Both the position numbers and the translations under genes were made by a program. Shown here piece by piece: positions 12,307 through 21,249 of a DNA stretch of 24,927 nucleotides (its first letter is position 1; every line of letters starts with the position of its first letter). The stretch is taken from NCBI GenBank assembly GCA_009103225.1, contig RHPI01002990.1:549988-574914 (forward strand), given 5' to 3'. The notes under the pieces were generated by a model. The model ran no database searches, had not been told where the DNA came from, and worked only from the letters and a program-made list of their open reading frames with translations. The DNA comes from Chlorokybus atmophyticus. Taxonomy: Eukaryota; Plantae; Mesostigma and Chlorokybus algae.

Positions 12307-13459
12307 GCTGCACAAAAGAATTTTCAGGTGATAACAGCAAAGCTTAGTAAAAGCTGCATTGCATTGTGTCATTGCAGAACTTATGCAGCAGAGTCACATG
12401 TCCAGGCTGTTGACCAGCTGGATGCATGTCTTGCATGGCTGCTTGGCGTTCAAGTTGTGACACGACATGAAAGCAGCCAACCAAGCTGCGCGAACGCAAC
12501 GTTGGCAGACCGAACACCCTAGCGCAAGTAAGCTCTACCTGACTTGCTATGCAGACATGCCAACAGCGCTCCCAACCATAAACCAGGCCGTACCGTCACA
12601 GCAAGAGCGCCCTGTTGACGGAAACTCACCTTCAAGCCACAAACCGCACCTTTCATGTCCTCGCCACCATAAGGAACCTCGCCGCAGCAGCAAGTCGGCA
12701 CACTCACTGCCGCCGTCACCGCCACAGCGGCAAGCAACGCTTCCAGTGATGGTCAAGCGACTCCATTGACCAAGCCAGCAAGGCAGGCCAACCCACCACG
12801 CCGCCGACTCACCAGACGACCTAACACATGCCTTTAGCCTCGCTAACACAGCCTGAGTGCACTCCCTTAGCAGGCAAGCTCCCACCACCCACGCCGCCCA
12901 CCCCGCTCACGCCTACACCAAGGCCGCTGCAAAGTCAAAAGCCGAATTTCTCGAACTTTTTGTTGTACCAGTGGTTTTTTCTGTCCAGCCTTTTGGCAGA
13001 GTTGTTATGGGAATTCCTACAGCATTGTTTACAGACACAGGGACAGGGCGTTTTTGGTCCGACTTTGTCCTCCTTCTCAAGGTTTTCCGTGTCTTCACGT
13101 GCGATGGTGGCTTGCATGTTATGACGGGAAGCAGCGGGGGTCACTCATAACTATCGCGTTTAACTGCGTGATCCTCCGTCGTCCTCGCATGCTCCGGTGG
13201 CAGCCGACAAGATTACGCGGACGTTTGGCATTATCACCTTTCAGATCGGCGGAAGGCGCGCAATGTACCTGCAAGAACCGCCGATGGATGCCAGAGCCTC
13301 TGCTCAGTGCAGTGTGCACACTGCCGAGCGCTTCGGAGACAAAGAATTGGCGACCGGTCACCGGTCTACACCCACCCTTGCCAAGCTGAACATGTTCAGC
13401 GACGTACCGTTGACGACACGGCACACAGATTCATGCAACAAGTACCACAATAGACAGTA

Positions 13460-13882
13460 CAGTCTACCCCGTTAAAGAGCATACTATTTATCCTCGGCTC
13501 TTGGCGGTGTAATTCTCTTGACGTCCAAGAGCATCATGCTCTTGGGTGTCAAGAGTATATATATTCTCTTGACACCCAAGAGGTTTCATCGCGCCCATCA
13601 CGCCCATTGCATCACGCGTGCTACGGCATTTTTGTAATTCTTGCAAGCTTTAGAGAGGGATATTTCAAGGTCGAGGGAGTAGCGCGCGACGGGTGTGGCA
13701 TAAAGCGTGACGCACGCGGTGACTATGGCGTGATGGGTAAGGTGTGACGCGCAGTTAGCGTGATCATTGCGGTTAAGCATAATCTCTTAGGCACCAACAT
13801 TTGCCTGTATTCCGTTTGGTAATTTCTATGCTATCAGCGGGGTTATTCTCCTGGAGCGAAGTCTCTTAGCGGGGGCAGACTG
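13460..13882 (+). mobile_element. MITE copy A, Tc1/mariner-like, non-autonomous (423 bp)
   Basis: TIRs CAGTCTACCCCGTTAAAGAG ... CTCTTAGCGGGGGCAGACTG, flanked by TA on both sides (13458-59 and 13883-84); no ORF; related copies at 15667-16856. The superfamily is inferred from the TA target duplication and CAGT termini. Confidence 0.85.
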
Positions 13883-13998
13883 TACTGGTTTATCAGATTT
13901 ATTGTAGCAAGTTGAAGATGGGCATCATCTTGACTATTGATCAGCATCAGTTAACTTGACTGTACCGTATAAATGTGTTTAATGAGCATGCTTACTTA

Positions 13999-14560
13999 TT
14001 CGGCTGTTGACCATGTTTGATGACGCAGTAACTATAGTGTGTAATCAATTAGCGTTAAAGGGTAGAGTGGATTAGTTAGAACAAGGGTGAGTAGTGGCGG
14101 CATGTCTTTGGGGTATGGGGCCTGCCCCGACCTCGTACCGCCAAAAACGCGGCCGTTTTAATCACTAACTGTGCCGCAATTGCACTAAATCCCTAGCAAT
14201 TTGGGTCGCCGTTGGTAAGCGGTTGCCGCTGAGATATTTGAGCATCTTTTACGCATCTTTGCAATGATTGACCATTTTGCTGCCTTTTTGAGCAACTGGC
14301 TGTTGTCACCGTTGCGATCCCATTTGATCAATCTCATGTGTGACCAAATGGTGGCCTAACGATGCGATTTTTCGTTTAGTTGAATCTTAACGTTAAGGTA
14401 GTTCAGGTTAGCATTATTTTGATGGTCGTAACCTCTCTATTATCTACTAAAAATCGCAGCACGTACCGTGGCGTGAACGTTACGTTGATTATTAAGTTTT
14501 GAAACACTTACCAGCGTTTGCTAATCACATGGCACCATGTTGCGCCATATCGCCGCATAT
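13999..14560 (+). repeat. Left arm of a ~560-bp inverted repeat (5' end of outer element); partner at ~17165-17730
   Basis: ttcggctgttgaccatgtttgatgacgcag... is the reverse complement of ...ctgcgtcatcaaacatggtcaacagccgaa (ends 17730). A hand count gave about 28 differences in ~530 bp (~95%), mostly transitions. Confidence 0.95.
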
Positions 14561-14613
14561 GTAATCATATGGCACCATGTTGGTCCATATCGCCGCATAT
14601 GTAATCATATCGC
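14522..14613 (+). repeat. 40-bp tandem repeat (2.3 copies) built from 10-bp subunits
   Basis: taatcacatggcaccatgttgcgccatatcgccgcatatg / taatcatatggcaccatgttggtccatatcgccgcatatg (37/40 identical) / taatcatatcgc. Confidence 0.93.
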
Positions 14614-14714
14614 AAAATTTTACTACACATCAGAGATATTGTGCATGTGGATTTGCACCTTTGCACGCCCTCATTGCTGGACTGTGCCGAGATGGTTCTT
14701 TTGGATGGCGACAA

Positions 14715-15347
14715 ATGCCAGGGCGGTTGATATGTTCCTGGTGTGTTGTTTCGTCATCCGCTATGACTTATGAGCAACATTGCGATTTGTCTCAGCATTG
14801 CGAATTGTGGGACGACTGCGATGATTTGCTTTCCTGTTGGCAAGATGCACAACGTAAGTTTGTCACGCGAATGCAATGTTGTTCTTTGTGCGGGCATGTA
14901 CAGTTTTACTCTGCTGCTGCTACTTATCGTCCAATGTATCGACGATCAGTATCCACCGTTGCACCATATGATTTGGCTAATGTTTTTATGTCCGATTATA
15001 CCAAGTGTGATAGTGATTACTACCAATGCCATCTATGTAGTCACGGGTCGGAGCGTTCCGGTTACATTGTATTACACAGCGCAGTGTACATTCGCAAGTT
15101 GTTGGAGATACATCCAATGGTAGTGCAGATGTTGTCCCTTGTTAACACGTCCATGGCGCTTTGCGACTTATATAACTCATACAGTTTCACTTCGGGCCAA
15201 ATTCAGCAGTTGAATATGATTAACGGTCCGTTTATCACTTGGGATGAGTTTACACATCAGAACCAACATGCCATCTTGTTGCTGGAGTTGTTGAGCGAGC
15301 TATTATCGTCCAACACTCTGGTTCAGAAATATCAGACCTTGGCAGAA
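14715..15347 (+). pseudogene. N-terminal fragment of the RepHel gene (Cys-rich region plus LxxLLxxNxxVxxY helix), cut off by the nested insertion
   Basis: ORF 14577-15410 (ATGs at 14715 and 14763) has CxxC pairs (CSLC, CHLC) and ELLSELLSSNTLVQKYQTLAE, like the LxxMLxxxNPYVxxF segment found N-terminal of Helitron Rep domains. It joins in frame to 17731 when 15348-17730 is removed (..TLAE|QPFGSDG..). The residues after 15347 are insert-derived. Confidence 0.75.
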
Positions 15348-15666
15348 CTAGCGGTGCGGCTGATTGGGCGTGTGACTGGGCCGGCCGGCCGGCCGGGAGG
15401 CCGGCATTAGGGCACAAAGACACATCACGCGCATTGTGGGCCATCAGCCGAGACTACATGCCTGCCGCGCATACCGAGTAGCCCGCCTGCCTCTCATTGG
15501 CTATGCGACGTTTATCAGCTATCGGCCATTCGATTTGTGTTAAACAAATCTCAACCTTTCAAAGCACATCCCCATATCGTGCAATTGCACAAAGTATGCG
15601 AATGAATAAAAGAAATACATTTTTACCACAACATGCACGGTGCACATATGCGTCATGTGCGTTATA

Positions 15667-16135
15667 CAGTCCACCCCCGCTAAAAGACTTTGCTCCAGGA
15701 GAATAACCCCGCTTGTAGCATGCGTTGTGAGATCACCAACGATGCTACAGGCAAATGTTAATGCTTCTGAGAATATGACTAACCGCGAAGAGCATATTAT
15801 TTTTCATGACATTTTTGCAAATGTAAGTGTGCATATTCTTAACATTGAGGGAGTAGCGCGTGACGGGTTTGTCATCAGGCGTAATGAGTGTGATGGACAA
15901 GGCGTGATGGGATACAGTGCAACACGTAATCAGCATAATGAGCGTGATGGCATAATAGACGTGACGTAATGCGCGTGATGTAACGGGCGTGATGGGCGTA
16001 TTTAAACTGCTTTATAGCATACAGATGCTCTTAATGTTTAAGAGCATATTACACTATTTATCGCCAAGAGCATAACCCCGCCAGGAGCAAACTATCTTTA
16101 AAAATAAACAGAATGCTATTAAAAGGGGTAGACTG
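15667..16135 (-). mobile_element. MITE copy B (469 bp), inverted relative to copy A
   Basis: TA|CAGTCCACCCCCGCTAAAAGACTTTGCTCCAGGAGAATAACCCCGCT ... AAAAGGGGTAGACTG|TA; both ends match the reverse complement of copy A's ends, and the CGCCCATCACGCCC motif is shared. Confidence 0.85.
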
Positions 16136-16186
16136 TACAATAAATGTTTCAATGTAATTAGGTACAACTATGTACCTTAAACTGTA

Positions 16187-16728
16187 CAGTCTACCTCCGC
16201 TATACAAATCACGTGTATCTTTCAGCTTTCATTCCATCATCGGGGTTATTCTCTTGGCGTTTACAGTACTATATACTATTTTATTCTTTACATAATATAT
16301 ATTCTACTAACAGGGGCATTGCGAAATAACCGTAAGCCACGTTATTATATTGTAACGTGGCATACATTAAATCAACAATAGCATTAAATCAACAATAGTT
16401 CAACAATGAATTGATTATTAATAGTATGTACGTAACTATATATGAGTCTATATATGAGTCTACGTAACTATATATGAGTCTACGTAACTACATGAGTCTT
16501 TTAACATGTTATGCTTATAATATTAAAATAAACATGTTATTAACGAGGTATTCCCCCGTAACAAGACTGAGCTCACTCAAAAGATTAACCTTCCGTTGTA
16601 GTCTTATTGCGTACAAAACTATTCCACTAACCGATGATACTTGCCTGTGAAACCATTAGTCTTCTGCAAATCTATGATCTCAACGGGGTTATTCTCATAA
16701 ACCGAAGTCTTTTAACGGGGATAGACTA
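16187..16728. mobile_element. Degenerate/composite MITE-family segment (copy C)
   Basis: Starts TA|CAGTCTACCTCCGCTA, contains CGGGGTTATTCTC motifs (16241, 16684) and a decayed TIR near 16543-16610, and ends GTCTTTTAACGGGGATAGACTA|TA. The internal structure is not fully resolved. Confidence 0.6.
16365..16499. repeat. Short tandem repeats: 17-bp duplication and ~20-bp minisatellite
   Basis: cattaaatcaacaatag x2 (16365-16398); acgtaactatatatgagtct-type units, about 3.5 copies (16429-16499). Confidence 0.9.
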
Positions 16729-16730
16729 TA

Positions 16731-16856
16731 TAGTCTACCCTTTTGTAAGAGCATACTATTATCCTCAAAAATCGTATGCTCTTGGACAGGGTTATGCTCT
16801 TGAACGTTAAGAGCATATATATGCTATAAGCGCAGATTCATTACGCCCATCACGCC
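16731..16856 (+). mobile_element. Truncated MITE copy D (left end only)
   Basis: TA|TAGTCTACCCTTTTGTAAGAGCATACTATTATCCTC...ACGCCCATCACGCC matches the left end of copy A, then switches abruptly to a Helitron-3'-like block. Confidence 0.75.
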
Positions 16857-17164
16857 TATTGGTCGGGCCGGCCGGCCTGTCGGCAGTCAACCTACATCAC
16901 ACATCCCGCGTTAGGGCCATCACACGGCACCCGCGACTGCAGGGCTGCGCGGCAGTATGTGCGACCCGCCTGCTTCTCATTGGCTAGGCGGCGAGGACAA
17001 GCGTTACACCGTTAGATCTGCTCAAACACAATCCTGGCCGTCCAAGGCACATCCAATTGTTTAAGCGCTTGCCAATAAATGTAAAATTAAGCACAGTTCT
17101 GCATACATGGCCGCTTATGGCTGCATGTTGATCATTTTAATGTGTTACATTTTTAATATTGATA

Positions 17165-17730
17165 AATATGGTGCAATATGGTGCAACATGGTGCGATATG
17201 ATTAGCAAATGCTGTTAAGTGTTTCAGAACTTAATAATTAACGTAACGTTCACGCCACGGTACGTGCTGCGATATTCAGTAAATAATACCGAGGTTACGA
17301 CCATCAAAATAATGCTAACCTGAATTACCTTAGCGTTAAGATTCAACTAAACGAAAAATCGCATCGTTAGGCCACCATTTGGTCACGCATGAGATTGATC
17401 AAATGGGATCGCAACGGTGACAACAGCCAGTTGCTCAAAAAGACAGCGAAATAACCAATCATTGCAAAGATGCGTAAAAGATTCTGAAACATATCTAAGC
17501 GGCAACCGCTTACCAACGGCGACCCAAAATTGCTAGGGATTTGGTGCAATTGCGGCACAGTTAGTGGTTAAAACGGCCGCGTTTTTGGCGGTACGAAGTC
17601 GGGGCAGGCCCCATACCCCAAAGACATGCCGCCACTACTCACCCTCGTTCTAACTAATCCACTCTACCCTTTAACGCTAATTGATTACACGCTATAGTTA
17701 CTGCGTCATCAAACATGGTCAACAGCCGAA
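17165..17730 (-). repeat. Right arm of the ~560-bp inverted repeat (5' end of the nested element)
   Basis: Reverse complement of 13999-14560. Confidence 0.95.
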
Positions 17731-20700
17731 CAACCATTTGGTTCTGACGGCATCCCCACTGTCGGTTCATCTACTATTCGTAGCATTGTGTCTCGTGCAC
17801 AGGATCGTAATCCTTTGAACATTGCTGGTGAATCAGCATACACATACGTTTTAACCACTTTGTTGCCATTTCCTTCGCGCAGCACAGTTGAAGTCACAGT
17901 GGACACCATGTTGCGCGTTGGACATATGTCGCTGCGTGAGCCTTGTTTTCCTCTTTTGCTACACATGGATACAGGTGGTGTGTACAATAATCCTGGTTTA
18001 ACTGTTGAGTCTGCTCTGTTTCCCATGTTGTTTCCGCACAATCGTGGGTTCTTTGATGGTAATGTGTACAGCAGACTGTCAGACTATGTCAAGTTCCGTC
18101 TTACACAATCGTTCTCAGTTTTCACATTGTACAAGCCTTATTTGCTGTTGATGTACCAAATCCGTCAATCACTTCTTACAGTCACAAAGTGCCGCGAAGT
18201 TGCTGTGGACGCTGATATTAAAAAGTTCCTCAAACAACGACCTACTGCCACAATCAACGATGCCATCAAAAACGCTGTAAAATTTCGTGTCCCTGGTGAC
18301 ATCATTGGATCTCCGAGTTTGCATCGACAAAAGTTGAGTGAGCTGCTGTGTCTGGTTGAGCATTGGGGTATGCCTCATCTCTTTGTCACCATGACTGCAG
18401 ATGAAGTGTCCAGTACCAAACTCCCTGAGATCATTGATTTGCAGAATGTTCTCCACAATGTCTCCACGCAACTTAGTTGGCGCGATGCCCCTGTGGAGTG
18501 CGCACGTTTGTTTCATCATCGGTTCAGCACCTTCCTTGAAAAATATATCATGCGAAAGGATATCCTTGGACGTGTGATGCACTATGTTATCAGGTATGAA
18601 ACACAACACTGTGGATCTTTGCATGCACATGTTATGTTGTGGTTACATCCCGACGATGTTAAACGAGTTTGCAGTGAAATCACTGCGTTAATCCCCGGAG
18701 ATTTTGACCATGCAAATCAGCAAATAATTGTACCAACTGATTGTAAACTGCGAGTCCTTTATGAATGTGTTGTACGCAAGCAAATGCACAAGTGTTCTGA
18801 TTTTGGCAGTGGCTGCAGAGCATTTGACAACAAGTGCGACATGGGCTTTCCGTATCCCGTACAACCAGATCGTCGACCTCAGTTCAACACAGAAACGCGC
18901 AGGTACGATTATTACAGACCACGCACTTGTGACCGCAATGTTGTTCCCACACATCCAGTGCTTTTATTGTTGTGGGGTGCTCATTGTAATGTGTTGCAAG
19001 TCACTGACAGTCATTGGAGCAAGTATTTAGTCAAGTACACAACTAAAATGGAACCTTGTGGCACTGTTGATGATGCATTAGACACCAATGCACTCGGTTT
19101 GCAAGGATTGACTGTTAACGAATTGCGCATATTGAACACAATGTACTTGTCCAAACCCATTGCTCCAGCTGAAGCTGCTTTGATATGTTTAGATATTCCC
19201 ATCATGCAAATGTCGTCCAATGTAACATATGTTGACACGCGTTTGCCTAACAATCGTTCTCGCATAGTGAACAGTCGTGCACGGACAGTAATTGTGCATC
19301 CCATTCATCGTTATTGTGTCAGGCCTGACGAGGTAGAAAGAGTCACAATGTACAACTACTTTCGACAGTACATGCACCGAGATGGAGACACTGTGCCACA
19401 TAACACTGTGCGTACTCTAAGAGACAGACTGAATGCATTCGTTTATGAGTTAGCTGTCCCGCGCATCATCAGATTCACGGATTACCATCCTGTACACAGC
19501 ACTGAAGGGTTTTGTTTCAATTTGCTTCTTCAGCGGGTTACTTTTCGCTCTGAAGTTGATTTGATTTCTTTGAACAACCAATCACGCACTTACTATGAAG
19601 AATGTGTGTTGCGGGGTTTCATTAACAACACAAACCGCAGTTTGTTGACACATGTCACGCGCTATGCCGAACGTCATCTATACAATGATGTTAAGATTCA
19701 CCATATGACGAATGCCATGATGCAGACCACTGATAATGCTATTAATGCCTTGTCTATGGCTGCAGCTGGTCCGACAAATAGTCAAACTGCACCAGAACGT
19801 ACCACGCAGTATCCAACAGCTTCATCATCCAATCCTGCATCTCCAGCTTCAACTGTGACAACGGACTCAGATGTATCGGCGCCAATGTTTCAAGGTACAT
19901 TGAATGTTGAGGAGTTTGCGTTTGCGAACAATCTCTCTTTGACCAGCCAGCAAGAATGCACCGCAAGTAGTATCATTGCAACACCGGTTGGTCTACATGT
20001 GATATCTGGTTGTCCAGGAACAGGCAAAACATTTTTGACCAAATTCATCACTCACAAGTTGCGCGTTGCTGGGATACCTGTTTTACTCAGTGCTACAACT
20101 GGCGCTGCGGCTTTGCGGCTCAGCTCATCAGCTTCAACTGTACATTCCAACTTCGCAATACCTGTCAACGGTCAGCAACTCCGGTTTGTAACTGCTATGG
20201 ATGATGCTTACAAACTGTTACATCATTGTCGAGTATTTATTATTGACGAGTTTTCCATGATGACATCGCGGTTGTTTGACTTGGTGATGCTGCGCTTACA
20301 GCAAGTTCATGGACCAGAATTTCTACAAACAATCGGCGTTGTATTGGTTGGTGACCACAAGCAACTGCCAGCAGTTTGTGGACACAAAGTCCAAGACACA
20401 TCGCAGGTTTGCCACAAATGCCATATTTCTGCATCACAGAGGTGGCCATTACGTAAGCAACATTTTTTATCTGTTTCAGTGCGTCATGCTTCAGACCCTC
20501 TGTTTGCTGAATTCTTGATTCAGATTCGTTCTGGCATACCCAGTTCAACAGAGATAGCAGATGCGTTAGGTGGCTGTCTGGTCACTTCGGAGTACTTACA
20601 ACAGTTACCAAGTGATGCAACCATATTGTGTTCACATGTACAAGACACACTGGCTTTCAACAGCATGATTGTGAGACAACGTTTTGCCGCCGATACCATT

Positions 20701-21204
20701 GTGCCAATACAAATTACTTCTAATGCAGTGAACGTGCCCGAGCTACACGACTGGATTCACAAGCCCAAGTTCAACTTATTACCTTCAGTCGCCAAGGGAG
20801 CAAAGGTGTTGGTTTTAGAAAACGTTTCACTGCAAGATGGTGTAGCCAATGGGTCTTTGGGAACAGTGACGCAGTTTAGATACTACAAAGGTAATGTGAG
20901 CAGTATACAAGTTACATTTGACCATTTGGCAGACTCCATGTGGATGCGCCGAACAATACAGCAAACAACAACGTTTCAAGGCAAAACGTACTACAAAGCT
21001 GTGTTTCCTTTGCAGCTAGCGTATGCAATGACAGTGCACAAGTGTCAAGGTGCAACGCTGCAATCAACTACTGTTGTCCACATGCAGGAAGCTTTTGCTC
21101 CTGGATTGTGGTATGTGGCGTTGTCGCGCGTGACAAACAGGGCCTATTTACGGTTGACGCGTTTACCGCGCCCTGAAGAGATGACGCCCGTTCCTGGGGA
21201 TTGA
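17731..21204 (+). CDS. Helitron-like RepHel, main part (1157 aa, intronless, no stops): HUH Rep endonuclease plus PIF1-family SF1B helicase; HLE2/Helentron type
   Basis: Rep motifs PHLFVTMTADE (I), RYETQHCGSLHAHVMLW (II, HUH) and KYLVKYTTKMEP (III, two Tyr), plus DAPVECARLF and FPMLFP. Helicase motifs GCPGTGKT, IIDEFSMM, LVGDHKQLPAV, SVRHASDPLF, FPLQLAYAMTVHKCQGATL and YVALSRV. The frame is open upstream of the listed GTG to the insertion junction. Confidence 0.95.
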   Translation, partial: QPFGSDGIPTVGSSTIRSIVSRAQDRNPLNIAGESAYTYVLTTLLPFPSRSTVEVTVDTMLRVGHMSLREPCFPLLLHMDTGGVYNNPGLTVESALFPMLFPHNRGFFDGNVYSRLSDYVKFRLTQSFSVFTLYKPYLLLMYQIRQSLLTVTKCREVAVDADIKKFLKQRPTATINDAIKNAVKFRVPGDIIGSPSLHRQKLSELLCLVEHWGMPHLFVTMTADEVSSTKLPEIIDLQNVLHNVSTQLSWRDAPVECARLFHHRFSTFLEKYIMRKDILGRVMHYVIRYETQHCGSLHAHVMLWLHPDDVKRVCSEITALIPGDFDHANQQIIVPTDCKLRVLYECVVRKQMHKCSDFGSGCRAFDNKCDMGFPYPVQPDRRPQFNTETRRYDYYRPRTCDRNVVPTHPVLLLLWGAHCNVLQVTDSHWSKYLVKYTTKMEPCGTVDDALDTNALGLQGLTVNELRILNTMYLSKPIAPAEAALICLDIPIMQMSSNVTYVDTRLPNNRSRIVNSRARTVIVHPIHRYCVRPDEVERVTMYNYFRQYMHRDGDTVPHNTVRTLRDRLNAFVYELAVPRIIRFTDYHPVHSTEGFCFNLLLQRVTFRSEVDLISLNNQSRTYYEECVLRGFINNTNRSLLTHVTRYAERHLYNDVKIHHMTNAMMQTTDNAINALSMAAAGPTNSQTAPERTTQYPTASSSNPASPASTVTTDSDVSAPMFQGTLNVEEFAFANNLSLTSQQECTASSIIATPVGLHVISGCPGTGKTFLTKFITHKLRVAGIPVLLSATTGAAALRLSSSASTVHSNFAIPVNGQQLRFVTAMDDAYKLLHHCRVFIIDEFSMMTSRLFDLVMLRLQQVHGPEFLQTIGVVLVGDHKQLPAVCGHKVQDTSQVCHKCHISASQRWPLRKQHFLSVSVRHASDPLFAEFLIQIRSGIPSSTEIADALGGCLVTSEYLQQLPSDATILCSHVQDTLAFNSMIVRQRFAADTIVPIQITSNAVNVPELHDWIHKPKFNLLPSVAKGAKVLVLENVSLQDGVANGSLGTVTQFRYYKGNVSSIQVTFDHLADSMWMRRTIQQTTTFQGKTYYKAVFPLQLAYAMTVHKCQGATLQSTTVVHMQEAFAPGLWYVALSRVTNRAYLRLTRLPRPEEMTPVPGD

Positions 21205-21249
21205 CGTTGATAATTGGTAAGTCCAGTTAGTGTTGCGCAATGGTGTGAC

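Larger units (their letters stand above)
15348..17730 (-). mobile_element. Non-autonomous Helitron-like element (2383 bp) inserted antisense in the RepHel gene of its own family
   Basis: On the minus strand it starts (T)TCGGCTGTTG, shares ~560 bp with the outer 5' end, and ends ...GC-rich GGCCGGCC hairpin...CAATCAGCCGCACCGCTAG(T). There is no target-site duplication; the empty site GGTTGT|TCTGCC is compatible with T|T insertion. The exact boundary is ambiguous by up to 3 nt (TTC microhomology). Confidence 0.85.

Noticed and set aside
14522-14613. CRISPR-like array
   Set aside because: The repeats are contiguous with no unique spacers, the DNA is eukaryotic and there are no cas genes.
13999-17730. 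The 560-bp inverted repeat as the TIRs of a 3.7-kb cut-and-paste or foldback transposon
   Set aside because: No TSD (flanks CTTA vs CAAC). The nested-Helitron reading explains the CTAG end at 15348 and the in-frame ORF restoration, which the TIR model does not.
17788-17790. GTG start of the 1138-aa ORF
   Set aside because: This is a eukaryotic context, the frame stays open upstream to the insertion junction, and the real N-terminus lies at 14715-15347.
18169-21176. Small ORFs overlapping RepHel on both strands
   Set aside because: Shadows of the long ORF with no independent features.
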